A DNA stretch of 64,000 nucleotides from Octopus vulgaris (Eukaryota). Position 1 is the first letter of the stretch; each line of letters opens with the position of its first letter. The position numbers and the translations under genes were made by a program. Below are positions 1 through 12,157 of the stretch, one piece after another. Location of the stretch: contig OX597816.1 in NCBI GenBank assembly GCA_951406725.2, positions 126,418,001-126,482,000 of the forward strand, in the 5' to 3' direction. The notes under the pieces are model-generated. The model made no database searches and was not told the DNA's origin. It saw only the letters and a program-made list of their open reading frames with translations.

Positions 1-2002
1 CTATAAAACCCTGCATTGAATATTTTCATATGTTAACCTTCGTTAACCATTTGTGTAGTAGAGTTAAGCTGAGAGATGTTTTGTCTCTATCGATTTTAAT
101 CCTATACACATCAATTTTGTTTAATTAGATGAAGTGTGTAATCATAACTTTGTACATAAAATTATACAAGTTTGAAATTAACATCTTCTACTTATATATA
201 AAATACAATTTTCTTTTATAGTTCAGAATCATGACAACACTAAATAAATGTAGAAATCGTTAGTTAAGTCAAAAGTTTTACTTGTAGTATAATCATATCT
301 TTTAGAATAAAAAATAAACCATCCAACAGTTGTAATATATAATTGAAATAATTACAGTCACTTACATATATGTTATGAAGTATATATTCAAATTTTAAAA
401 AATGGTTCTTACTTGCACTTGAATTAGTTTTATGCTTGGCTGCTTAGTTAATGAGTACTATCAGATAAAGAATTCCATCAGGATAGAAAGCATTGAGAAA
501 GTTTCAAAACTAATTTTACATAAACATTTATAAACATCAGTCAGTACATTTCAAAATTTATGTAAATGATGTTCTAGCATCAATGAAATATTTTTTAATT
601 TTCTTTTATTAATTTACAGCCATATTTTTTTTTTTACAGTATTGCATGACTAGTATAATTTGTTGTTGGAGCAATTGTCTGCAGTATGGGGTTATCCTTT
701 ATTTGCAAAACATTCACGGGAAATGATAATGGGAGTTATTTTTGTGTAAAATACAAACTGAGTTACGTATTTGGATCAGATGCACATCACAGCTGTATTG
801 ATATATTCTGAAAACTAATTTTAGAAAAATATGTAAGCAAAGTGCAAAAGAAAAAATGGCTTAATAGGTTATATATTAATTGAAGTGTTCAGGTCATATC
901 TACTTAGAACATATATTCTGTGCCTCCTGTTGAGTGAAAAATTGATGTATGTTGTCATAGGTTAATCATGGAAAGAGGTGGATACTGATGAAATATTTTC
1001 TTTTTCGTTTTTTTTTTTTGTTGGTAAGAGAATGAAAAATGGTGAGCATATCTTTGTAATTTTAAGACTAAATAAAATAATGATTGATCCTCATTACTAA
1101 AGTATCTATTTCTACAAATAAAAAGTAAAATAATAATGCACTTGTTAGAGTGATGTTGATGTATGGCAGTGAAGCATTTGTAATGCAAGCATAGCATCTA
1201 CAATGTGTAAAACACAAGCTTAATATAATATAGGGAAGAGCTGAAGAAAGTTTCACATTAAACTACAATTGTGAATGTAAGAAGAAATCCTCCATTCATA
1301 GTTATCTAAAAAAAAATTGCTATCAGCTCAGATCAAGTGAAAACAATTTTGTTTCTACAAATTGTTACTTTTAAATATGACTACTGAAGCAAAGTGTTAG
1401 ACATACACAAATGAAAGAATGTATTTTTGCTTTCTTGATGGTTTAGTCATATAGGCTGTTTCAGGAGATAAAGTGAATTGGTTTCAGTGAAGCATCTTTT
1501 CCATATGTTGAAATTTCCATTCTTTGAAAAGTATTTACTTAGCCATTGTGCAATAATTTAGTATTTGTTATCATTTTGTCTACTGTAGACTCTTTGGCAA
1601 CTTTATGCTGTGCTGACAGGAAATGCACATTAATGAGTTTCTATTAGTCTTTGTCATATCTGAAGTCTTTCTACCTGATTTTCTTTCCAAGCTTGATAAC
1701 AATTAAGCAGCTTGAATAGATTCTAGAAATTTCTTTTCATATTATTGTCACTCTATCATTTAATCTATCACAGGTTCAGATCTTTTATTACCTAAAGTTT
1801 AATTTTAAAACAAATGGCCATAGAAATATTATATTTCACTTCATACATTATATCATTTCAATAATCTTCATGGGAATTTTCTTTATTCTTTAATATCACT
1901 CCTATTGTAATGAACGAGGATATATTTCCAAACCAAACACTATATATGAACAATTATTAGTTTAATTTGAATAGAATATGATACATAAGATATCAATATA
2001 AA

Positions 2003-2185
2003 TGGTCCCTTTGTCAGTTTTGACAATGAGTGTTCCAGGTGTTTGAGCAACAAAATTGCCTTCACATTGTATTATAGTTTAAGTGAACAAGTATTCCACA
2101 AACACTTGTACCCTTAATATAATTATCAGGCAGAATCAGCATGACACGGTATAATAAAACTAGTCTTTTTTATTACAAATACAAT
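2003..2185 (-). mobile_element. Old, degraded copy of the SINE-like repeat seen at 31455-31790
   Basis: Aligns by eye to the reverse complement of 31600-31770 (e.g. ttccacaaacacttgtacccttaatataatt vs ctccacagacacgtgtacccttaacgtagtt). Confidence 0.55.
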
Positions 2186-2568
2186 CCATCATGTGGGCTT
2201 CTACACAGTTTTGATCCACCTAATTTCTTTCAATAATTTCAGGTTGTCATTTGCCCAATCATATTTTTAAAGTGAACTTCTTGATTGCTCAGCCATACCT
2301 GTGTTTACATATGAGGTAAAGAAAACCCAGATGAATTGGCATGCAACAGATTTGTTCTGTGAGATAACAGAACAACTATTTTCTTTGCCTTATCACTTGT
2401 TTGTTTTTTTTCATTTATGAGTAAATATCAGTATATCTAAAGTCAGCACATGTAACTACATCAAGGTGAATAAATATGGTATTTGGATTTAAACTTAATA
2501 GGACATAATGTGCCTTAATACATGACATTTAGACATTTACACAACCAGTCATGATGTTCATTCATTCT

Positions 2569-2600
2569 ACATACATACATACATACATACATACATACAT
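2569..2600. repeat. (ACAT)n microsatellite
   Basis: About 8 perfect ACAT units. Confidence 0.95.
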
Positions 2601-2606
2601 AATAGT

Positions 2607-2880
2607 GAGGGTGTATGGTGTAGTGGTTAGGGTATTGCACTCACAATCGTGAGATTGTGGTTTCAATTCCTGGACTTGGTGGTACATTGCATTCTTGAGC
2701 AAAATACTTCATCTCACACTGCTCTGTGACCCCTTCAACACCTAACGTTGGTACACCATACACCTGTTTGGTCAATGTGGATTTGATGGAGGCAGTGAGC
2801 TAATGTACAGCACATACATTTTATTACTATAAACAAATCAGTTGTGTAGGTTGTTCAGCAAGAAATTGCAGAACCATCTT
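2607..2880 (+). mobile_element. tRNA-derived SINE (family A, CORE-like central motif)
   Basis: A-box TGGTGTAGTGG and B-box GGTTTCAATTCC, followed by ttcttgagcaaaatactt (CORE-like). Second copy at 4370. Confidence 0.75.
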
Positions 2881-3469
2881 TCTCAGACTACAAGAAACTA
2901 CCATCATCACCCATCATCATCATCATCATCCTCATCATCATCATATATATTACATAAATTGCATACATGTATTGCAAGCTTTTCTTCTGAATCCATTGTA
3001 ATGTGGAATCCTTTACTTGTGGAAGGATTCCATATGTTTTCTCTTGTCAGCCAAAACCAACTTGAGCTGGTTTCAGCATATGTCTGCTGAGAGACCTATG
3101 CAAAGTTTTCAAAAAGTTTCAATCTTTGTCAAGTGACTTTATTCTGTGTACTTTAGATTTGTTACTTTGGCAACAGTCCGGATACTTATTGATCAGACTT
3201 CGTATTGGAAACACCATACTGTGAACCTTCCAACTAGTTGACCTGCTGTCTTTTATCAACTGTCAGTTGTTTAGTTGGGCCTTGGCATCTCTGGCATTGG
3301 CATTGTCATATCTATATATCAGCATGGCCACAGCTCTGAGCTGAAACTAGAAATATATATATATATATATACACACACACTTAAATATACATATATATTA
3401 TATATATGTGCTAGAGTATGTTTTTGTGTACATGTGTATATGTATGTGTGTGTATATATTTATATATAT

Positions 3470-3683
3470 GATGGCCGTCCACTCGCGACTGAGGAAGACC
3501 ATTGCCGACCTTCAGCAACATTGTGCGCTCTAGGACTAACTTATATTTTGCATTTGCGGCTCTGTTGGTGGCTAATGAACCCTGCTCTTGACAAGCATAC
3601 ACGACTGCAAACATTGCAGACCAAGCTTTCCCCATTCACTATACGAGCCGTGTGCATTCACGCAGCTCGCTTAAGTTCTCCAT
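3470..3683 (-). mobile_element. 3' fragment of an RTE-clade LINE (C-terminal zinc finger and 3' UTR)
   Basis: Minus strand translates ESLVCNVCSRVCLSRAGFISHQQSRKC (C2H2-like). The 3' end aatggtcttcctcagtcgcgagtggacggcc resembles the tail at 28470-28500. Confidence 0.6.
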
Positions 3684-4369
3684 GCATGTATGTGTGTCTA
3701 TATATATGCTTAAAAATACTGAACACATATATTACATTATTCGTACATTTTCCTCTGGACATGAATTCGTGTTCCTAACACTTCTCCATTTAAATTTTAA
3801 TATGTGATATCATCAGCAAAGACAGATCCTAAGTGATACATATATTGATTAAATACACATCAGTAAGTTTATAAAAGAAAACTAGAATGATACAAATGTC
3901 GCTGACATGTCAGTGGATATTCATATTTAAAGTAGAGAAGAATATATGAATACTTCTGTTTATTTAATGTGTATGCCCAATATTCATTTACTTTTTTAGT
4001 GTCCTTTTGTCTTCACTATATTGATAGTTCAACTCATGATCACTCTAAACAGGAATTTATTTTCATATATATTGAGTCTTCAGCTAATATATTGTTTAAA
4101 CACACACATGCACATACACATACTCACACATACAAAATGAATGTCTTTCGTATTCTTGGGAAGCATTTATCTTCACATGAGCATAACATCCCATGTTTGG
4201 AAATTGATTTTTAGACACCATTTTTATAAATAATTTCCCAGATTTAAACACTCATGTAAAATATTTTACACCATAATAAAATCTTAAAATATTTATCTGT
4301 AATTTAGCTGCATTTTTATCTTTAATATTTTCACTTTTGAATTAACTAATCTGTATATAATCAGTATCT

Positions 4370-4605
4370 GGAGGTGTGCAGTTTAGTGGTTAGGGTGTTG
4401 CACTTATGATTGTAAGATTGCGGTTTCAATTCCTGGACTGGGCAATGCATTGCATTCTTGAGCAACACACTTCCTTTCACATTGCTGTTATCAACTCCAT
4501 TCCATAGCTCCAGTCACCTCAGCTTGCATAAATGAGTAAACCTGCAACAGATTTAGTTCCATCCAATGGTTGAATATTTATGCCACAAAGTTCAGGAAAC
4601 TAGCC
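4370..4605 (+). mobile_element. tRNA-derived SINE (family A)
   Basis: tagtggttagggtgttgcac...gattgcggtttcaattcctggact...ttcttgagcaacacactt; homologous to the 2607 copy. Confidence 0.75.
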
Positions 4606-4693
4606 ATGCATGGCAAACCTTTGGTCACATTAATCAATGCTTTGATGATTGTGAGTGTTACCAATTTACTGTGTAGTGATGGATTATGAATGA

Positions 4694-4906
4694 GAGGGTG
4701 CTGAAAGCTCCTGGCTTTAAGAGTACTGCAAAAGACCTAGTTGAAGGCCCAACCTTCTGGGTTCTTTTAGAGAGCTTAGATAATCTGAAGGGCCATTACA
4801 ATAATAAGTGTGTGAATCTGAGAGGGGAATATATTTAATAAAATCATAATTAACTAATCTGCTTGTATTTTCTTTTACTCAAAGCCAGGAACTTTTCAGT
4901 ACCCTC
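4694..4906 (+). mobile_element. Mariner-derived MITE / internal deletion derivative
   Basis: Terminal inverted repeats of about 26 bp (gagggtgctgaaagctcctggcttt / aaagccaggaacttttcagtaccctc). Internal aagtgtgtgaatctgagaggggaatat reads KCVNLRGEY, resembling a mariner transposase C-terminus. Confidence 0.75.
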
Positions 4907-5320
4907 CCTCCCCCGTAGTTGTCACATTGAGAATGGATGCTGGTATTTGTACTATGCAAATGTCTTTGTGAAAAGTTCTTGTACATAGATTTTCCTGTAA
5001 TTCAAACAATCTAGATTACCAAAATCATTAAGCATCAGCAGAATAGCAACCATGAAGTGAGCATTTGCCTCAATATTACATCCACCCTGGAACCAGTCAG
5101 TTTGTCTCATACTCATTGGAAATGACCAGATGGTATGAGTTTGTGTCTCTGGAATATGGGTCACTGCTTTCATTGGATTCATTTTTAGTCATATTTTATG
5201 ATAAAAAAATATTACTATTTTTTGGTCATATTTTTTATATAATCAGTATGTACTTATGAGTCTATCGTTTGTTTTTCTTCTGAAGTCAACATCACTTACT
5301 TGCATAAAATGAATCCATTG

Positions 5321-5695
5321 TTGAGGCATTTTTGAACCTATAAGAAATCTATTCACTGTATTTTGTCATGGAGGAAAATTCTAGCTGTAGACAAGGTGTA
5401 AAGACTCTGAGTCAACTTGAAGGGCTAACTCCAACAGTGCAACCAGTCACAGTGCAATGACAGGAATATAAAAGGAGAGATCTGTCTCTCTTGTCTGTTC
5501 ATAGTGTTTTCCTTTCTGGTATCTGCTGCTGAAAAGAAGATAACCACTCTTAAAAGGCATGCATCCATCAGTCTGATTAAAGAGTGCTTCAAACTGACTC
5601 AGTGTGCTTACATCTTATTTTTCTACAATGAGAAATTTTATCCATGAGAAAAAAATACAGTCAATGACATTCTTATGGGTTTGAATATGCCTCAA
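5321..5695. repeat. Imperfect fold-back element (arms about 110 bp), MITE-like
   Basis: ttgaggcatttttgaacctataagaa...tgtaaagactctgagtcaacttgaag pairs with cttcaaactgactcagtgtgcttaca...ttcttatgggtttgaatatgcctcaa. Confidence 0.65.
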
Positions 5696-6763
5696 GCACA
5701 CTTGAACTGCTAACAACTTTGTATTCATTTAATATGTATAGTCATTCTATATTTTTCAGTGTTACTTTGTATCAAATACATCTCTATAATTTTGTGTATT
5801 AGCAATTAGCATGCAAACCAAATTTATTTTCATAATTATTGAGCCCTCTTCTTATTATATACTCACTCACACAGACAGACAGAGAGTCTAGTAGCACATA
5901 CTTTTCTGTGTATGTTATATCATTGGTTTTGCATAACATCTGTACTGCAATTATTTGTTAACAACATTATGATTTCATTACTTCCAAAAGTTAGTATATT
6001 TTTAATCCCATGGAGTTACTAAAAAGAACACAGCACCAATTCCATTTTCAGTGAAGTTTTGTTTAACATCTTTAAGACAAATGCCAGTAAAGCTGAATTC
6101 CAAAGATTTGACAAACAGGTATTTAGTTTAGTTTTCTAGTACTCATGTAGTGCCTGTTCAATTCAGTTTGAATTCACTCAAAAAATTAAAAAGTGCAAAG
6201 AAGGGCTACTGACTCCAATATAAATTCTTTGTTTATTATTCATCATAATTCTGCAAGATTATCCTGAATTTTGATCATATGTCAATCAGTCACTTTTAGC
6301 TCTCTTAATCTTTTGAATATATAATATGTGATCATCAAACAAAAGGTGATACCTTGTTTAAAGAGTTTAGTTTGAAAATTAATTATGAATCTTTTAGTCT
6401 TAAAAATGAGTTGATTATTAGTCTTTAAGAAACTGATATCTAATAACCATTCTGATGATTTCAACCTCAAAACTTGTTGCATCATTTAGTTGTTATAAGA
6501 ATATTGTTCACACATATTTTCTGGGTGATTAATGTAGTAAAGCGAATGTTATGAACTTATAACCATTTTAATAGGTTAGAATATGTGGAATTTATTTGTT
6601 TTCTTTTTTTCTAATTACATATTCAACTCCATATAATAATGCTCTAAGTTTTTTCTTCCTGAAATTTGATTTCAATACTAGTACAAACTTGAAACATCCT
6701 TGAAGAATATTTAAAACAATTTTCTCAATGCATAATATTGTATAGTCTACAAAAATTATCATA

Positions 6764-7600
6764 AAGACTAAGAGATTTTATCATTCAAAACAAAAGTTGT
6801 GATCAAAATAACATTTTTTGTTTGTATTAATACTTTCATCATTGGAAAATTTACTAGTTTTAATCTGCTTATTATATGCTTAAACTTATTCTTCACACCA
6901 GCATTGTCGTTTAATGTCAACTTTCCATGCTGGCATGAGTTGGACGGTTTGACTGAGGACTTGCAAGCCAGTAGGCTGCACCAGGCTCCAATGATCTGGC
7001 AAGTTTCTAATGCCTATTTCTTTATTACCCACAAGGGCTAAACACAGAGGGGACAAACAAGGACAGACATAGGTATTAAGTCGATTACATCGACCCCAGT
7101 GCGTAACTGGTACTTAATTTATCGACCCGAAAGGATGAAAGGCAAAGTCGACCTCGACGGAATTTGAACTCACAACGTAACGGCAGATGAGTTCAAATTC
7201 CATCGAGGTCGACTTTGCCTTTCATCCTTTCGGGGTCAGTAAATTAAGTACCAGTTACGCACTGGGATCGATGTAATCGACTTAATACCTATGTCTGTCC
7301 TTGTTTGTCCCCTCTGTGTTTAGCCCCTTGTGGGTAATAAAGAAATAGGCATTAGGAAACTTTGCCAGATCATTGGAGCCTGGTGCAGCCTACTGGCTTG
7401 CAAGTCCTCAGTCAAACCGTCCAACTCATGCCAGCATGGAAAGTTGACATTAAACGACAATGCTGGTGTGAAGAATAAGTTTAAGCATATAATAAGCAGA
7501 TTAAAACTAGTAAATTTTCCAATAATGAAAGTATTAATACAAACAAAAAATGTTATTTTGATCACAACTTTTGTTTTGAATGATAAAATCTCTTAGTCTT
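6764..7600. repeat. Long near-perfect inverted duplication (arms 6764-7172 and 7188-7600, 15-nt spacer)
   Basis: The arms are reverse complements with only a few substitutions and indels. Mirror ORFs 6799..7041(+) and 7320..7565(-) share the same N-terminal translation. Confidence 0.95.
7014..7187 (-). mobile_element. 5'-truncated tRNA-derived SINE (family B), mirrored at 7188-7347
   Basis: B-box-like gagttcaaattcc, central gcctttcatcctttcggggtc...aagtaccagtt and an aataaagaaata tail. Related copy at 50160-50330. Confidence 0.75.
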
Positions 7601-8040
7601 GCCAACCACTCCAAGAGTGTAGTGGGTGCTTTTCACATGCCACCGGCATGAGGGCCAGTCAGGCAGTACTGGCAATGACCACACTCGAATGGTGTCTTTT
7701 ACATGCCACCAGCACAGGAGCCAGTCACAACGATCGTGCTCGAATGGTGCTTTTTACTTGCCACCAGCATGGGACCAGTCGGGTGGCACTGGCATCGACC
7801 ATGCTCGAATGGTGCTTTTTACATGCCTCTGGCACAGGTGCCAATCAGGCAGTACTGTCATCAGCCACAACAATGACGTCACTTGCCTCAACAGGTCTTC
7901 ACAAGTGCAGTTTATTGCCCAATGAAGGGTTCTCTTAAATGGGCTGGTTATGCTGTACTGGCATAGGCCACGGTTACAGTCTCTTCTCAAGCACAGCATA
8001 TCTCCAAACGTTCGAAGGTCATGCTTCACCACCTCATCTC
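7601..8040 (-). mobile_element. RTE-clade LINE 3' UTR and ORF2 end (continuation of 6905-7013)
   Basis: About 60-bp 3' UTR repeats. Minus strand reads EVVKHDLRT, as in the 29783..30244 ORF. Confidence 0.85.
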
Positions 8041-8469
8041 ACCACATATAGACATTATTTCATTTTACTTAAAGCTTGCCTTTTATTACAAAAAAGGATA
8101 TCTTATTTTAGAACTTATATACATTTAAGGTTTTACCACACTCAGTTACCCCAATACAATGTAATGTAAGTATTTCATATTACTCTTTTGTTTTAAGGGA
8201 GTTAGGGACTTTTACATTTCGATTGAAACTCCCTTATTGGACATAAAATTCTTTTAGGTTTTGTGTTTTGATGGAGCTTCTGAAGTGCACCGAAGAAAAA
8301 TACACAAAATGTGTGATGACAAAATTCAAATTTGGCTTCAGCAAAATTTGAATGAAAAGTTGCAATAAATTCTTCTTTATGTGGTGAGGTTAAGGAGATA
8401 TAATTGAAACATATTATGTCTGTTCATTTATACCCCCAATGCTAGAATAATCTTTTCAAATAATACATG

Positions 8470-10412
8470 CATCATCATCATCATCATCGTATAACATCCA
8501 TGCTGGCATGGGTTGGACGGTTTGACCAAGGTCTGGAGAACCAGCAGCTGCATCAGGCTCCAATCTCATCTGGCAATGTTTCTACAACTGGATGCCCTTT
8601 CTAATGCCAACCACTCCAAGAGTGTAATGGGTGCTTTTTATGTGCCACCGGCACAAAAGCCAGTCAGGCAGGCCTGGCATCAATCATATTTAGATAGTGC
8701 TTTTTATGTGCCACCAGTCAGTGGGTACTGGCATCAGCCATGTTCAGATGGTACTTTTTATGTGCCACTGGCACAGGGGCCAGTCAGATGGGCCTGGCAT
8801 TGATCATATTTAGATAGTGCTTTTAATGTGCCACTGGCTATGGGGCCCCGTCAGAGGGTACTGGCATCGGCCACATTTGGTTGGTGCATTTTATGTGCCA
8901 CCAGCACAGGAGCCAAGTAGGAGGATCTGACACCAACCGCATTCAGATGTTGCTTTTTACATGCCACTGGTATGGGAACCAGTCTTGGGGCACTGGCCAC
9001 AGCTACAATATTGGTTTCACTTGACTCAACAGGTCTTCTCAAGCATATCATATTACATAATGCATCAAGGGTTCTCTTAACTGGGCCGGTCATGCATGGC
9101 TGCAATCTCACTTTAGTTACTGGGTCTTCTCAATCATACCATACCTTCAAAGGTCTTGGTCTCCTGTCATTACCTCTGTGAGGCCCATTGTTCAAAGGTC
9201 ATGCTTCACCACCTCATCCCATATCTTCTTGGGTCTACCTCTTACATAGGTTCCTTCCACAGTTAGGGAGTGACACTTCCTCATGCAGCTGTCCTCATCC
9301 AAATGTAACACATGACCATACCAGCACAGTCATTTATTTTGCCCACCACATCTGATACTTCATATGCCCAACTTTTCTCTCAGGGCACTTACACTCTGTC
9401 GTGTATGTACACTGACATTACACATCCAGCAAATCATACTAGCTTCATTTCTTTCAAGCCTACACATGTCCTCCACAGTCATGGCCCATGTTTCACTGCT
9501 GTGTAGCATTGCAGTTTGCACACATGCATCATACAGTCTACCTTTCCTCCTGAGTGAGAGTCCCTTAGTTACCAGCAGAGGTAGGAGTGAACTTTGTCCA
9601 GGCTATTCTTATTTGAACCTCTACACTCTCAGAGCAACCATCCTTACTACAGACTTGGTCGCCTAGGTAGCGGAAGCTATTAACACCTAGTTTTTCCCCC
9701 TGGCATGTGATGGAATCTGTTGTCTGTACATCTTCAGTGTTTATTGCTCCTGTGCATCGGTCACACACAAAACTATGTTCCCGGTTAACTTTTCTTTGAT
9801 ATTGCTGCACCTGTTATGCATCCGTAGCTTACACTAGGTACATCTTATGGAGTTTATACTTATGCATTTTCTACAGATTGAGTAGAGCCATCTACTTGAA
9901 GGGGATTGTGGTTTGACAGCCTTCCTACTTACTAAGACTTTGGTTTTTGCTAGCTTGATCCTAGGGCCCTTCTATTCTAAACCTTGCTTCCACACTCTAA
10001 ACTTCATCTCTAGTTCTGGCAGTAACTCGGCTATTAGGGCAAGGTCATCAGCATAGAGGAGCTCCCAGGGGCAGCCTGTCTTGAATTCTTCTGTTATTGC
10101 CTGGAGGACTATAATGAATAAGAGAGGGCTGAGGACTGATCCTTGGTGAACCCCTTCTTCTACTTGGAATTCTTCACTATATTCATTGCCAACCCTCACC
10201 TTACTGACAGTATCCTTGTACATGGCTTGTACAGCTCTTACCAACCATTCCTCTATCCCCAGTTTCCACATTGTCCATCAAATAAGAGATCGGAGGACCT
10301 TGTCAAAGCCTTTCTCCAAGTCAACAAAAGCCAAGTACAGAGGTTTATCTTTGGCTAGGTATATCTCTTTAAGTTGCCTTACCAGAAATATAGCATTGGT
10401 GGTGCTTCTGCC
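8470..10412 (-). mobile_element. 5'-truncated, degraded RTE-clade LINE (RT, 3' UTR, (ATG)n tail)
   Basis: ORF 9972..10271 contains GVHQGSVLSPLLF and LLYADDL; FRYLG lies in 9565..9810; tandem 3' UTR units; (CAT)n at 8470. Confidence 0.92.
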
Positions 10413-11339
10413 TTTACATTCTACTGTTGCTTTATTGCCATTTATTTAAGAGTATTATAAATTTTGTTGGTAAGATATTTTTCTGGGAAAGAAATAACGA
10501 TTTAAAACACTGCCAGTATGGGAAGCTATTGCTCTGCTTTATGAGTTTTCACTTCATGGGCGGTCTCCAGGAACAAATAAACTCATATATGGAGACATTA
10601 CTGTATTGTTTAGAAAACCTTGATACTGCTATTATTTTCTTGGTTTGATTTTCTTAATGCCTAGCAGAACAATTGCTTATCATTTTCTGACAAAATGTTC
10701 CTTGAACATAAGTCATTAATTGAATCTCATTCTAAAAATAAACCTTCATAATAAAATTTCTATGCCTGTTTTATTAACTTCACTAATTGTATTCATATTA
10801 TCCTGTGCATAGTTTTCCCTCCATAATGTTCTTATTTATATATTGATATTGATTTTATAATCCTGCCTACCATCTTATATCAGGAAAATATACTTCTTTC
10901 TTCTGCTGTAACCTAGTAAATCCATCATTGATTCTCTTAATATTTTCTGCATGCCATTTTTTGTTTCATATTCCCCCAATTTTTAAAACTTTTTATCCTT
11001 AGATTCATAATAATACTTATAATAATATTTATGAGTTTTTATCATGTTGTCTACAGTGTTAATCAATTTTTAATGGTTCCCAGTTGTGAAATATGTATAT
11101 CTATTATGTAGGTAGGGTAAAATCCTTGCAGTGTCCTCTTGTAGCACATCTGCTTATTTCAGTATTACAATCTAGTAGGTAGATGCTGTCATTCTTGCTT
11201 TGATGTAAGGTACAGATTGGAGTTGAAAATTTTGGAAATATAGTTTGCAGAATTAGTATATAACAAAATAGCAATTTGGAAAGTTTTTGCTATTATTTAT
11301 TCACCATCACACATTTTTTCTAAATATCTGTCTTGTTTA

Positions 11340-11340
11340 A

Positions 11341-11375
<35 letters not shown>

Positions 11376-11496
11376 TACATATATATATATATACACAGAT
11401 ATACATATATACACAGATATACATATATATCTATATATATATATATATATACATCCATAAACCACACATGCACACACACAGGCACATATATATATA
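11340..11496. repeat. (TA)n/(CA)n compound microsatellite
   Basis: Direct inspection. Confidence 0.9.
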
Positions 11497-12157
11497 TCGT
11501 TGCTATTACGCAAAAGTGTCATAAGTCCAAAACGTTGCTTTTTCAGAAAACAAAAGAATAGTTTCAGCATTCCATTTCTCTTTACATAAGCAACCATTTT
11601 AGCTTAACAATAACACTTTGTTCAGTGCATAAAATCGTAATTCAATACATGTATGATATTTCCAGTGAGAAATAGTTTTGCAAAACTGTTGTATGTGGGG
11701 CTTACTACACTTTTGAAAAATGCTAAACCGTTGTACTACACTTTGACAATTTTCATCTGAAGCAGCAAAGATATGATGGTTTAACCAAAAGAAATGGTTA
11801 TTGCAAGCAAAAATAAATATTTAAAAAAAAAACGATTTGGCCAAATTTGGACATACGACAGTTTAACATAATAGTAACAAGATATATATATATATAGCAA
11901 AATAGCAATGATACATATATACTGTTGTTATTATGTTAAACTGTGGTATCATCAAATTTTGCCAAGTGCGTTTTTTTTTAATATTTATTGTTGTTCTATT
12001 GGTCAAACTGTGGTATCTCCAGCTACTTCAGATGCCAATTTATCAAAAATTGCCAGAGTGTAGTACAGTTGTTTTATTATGGAATGGTGAAACTATATTT
12101 TCATTTTATGAAACAACAACGTTTTGGACTTACAACACTTTTGCATAATAGCAATGA
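11497..12157. mobile_element. Two inverted, diverged copies of a MITE-like repeat (11497-11881 and 11921-12157) in a TA tract
   Basis: tcgttgctattacgcaaaagtgtcataagtccaaaacgttg matches the reverse complement of caacgttttggacttacaacacttttgcataatagcaatga. Internal blocks also mirror. Confidence 0.7.

Noticed and set aside
2607-2680. tRNA-like sequences (also at 4370, 15874 and 32505)
   Set aside because: A and B boxes are present but I could not build a full cloverleaf, and they continue into SINE bodies.
3001-3035. Short hairpin atgtggaatccttt...ggaaggattccatat
   Set aside because: A stem of about 14 bp is too short for a pre-miRNA and could arise by chance or local inversion.
6799-7565. Two similar 80-aa ORFs on opposite strands suggesting a duplicated small gene
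   Set aside because: By-product of the inverted duplication; the ORFs run through RTE and SINE sequence.
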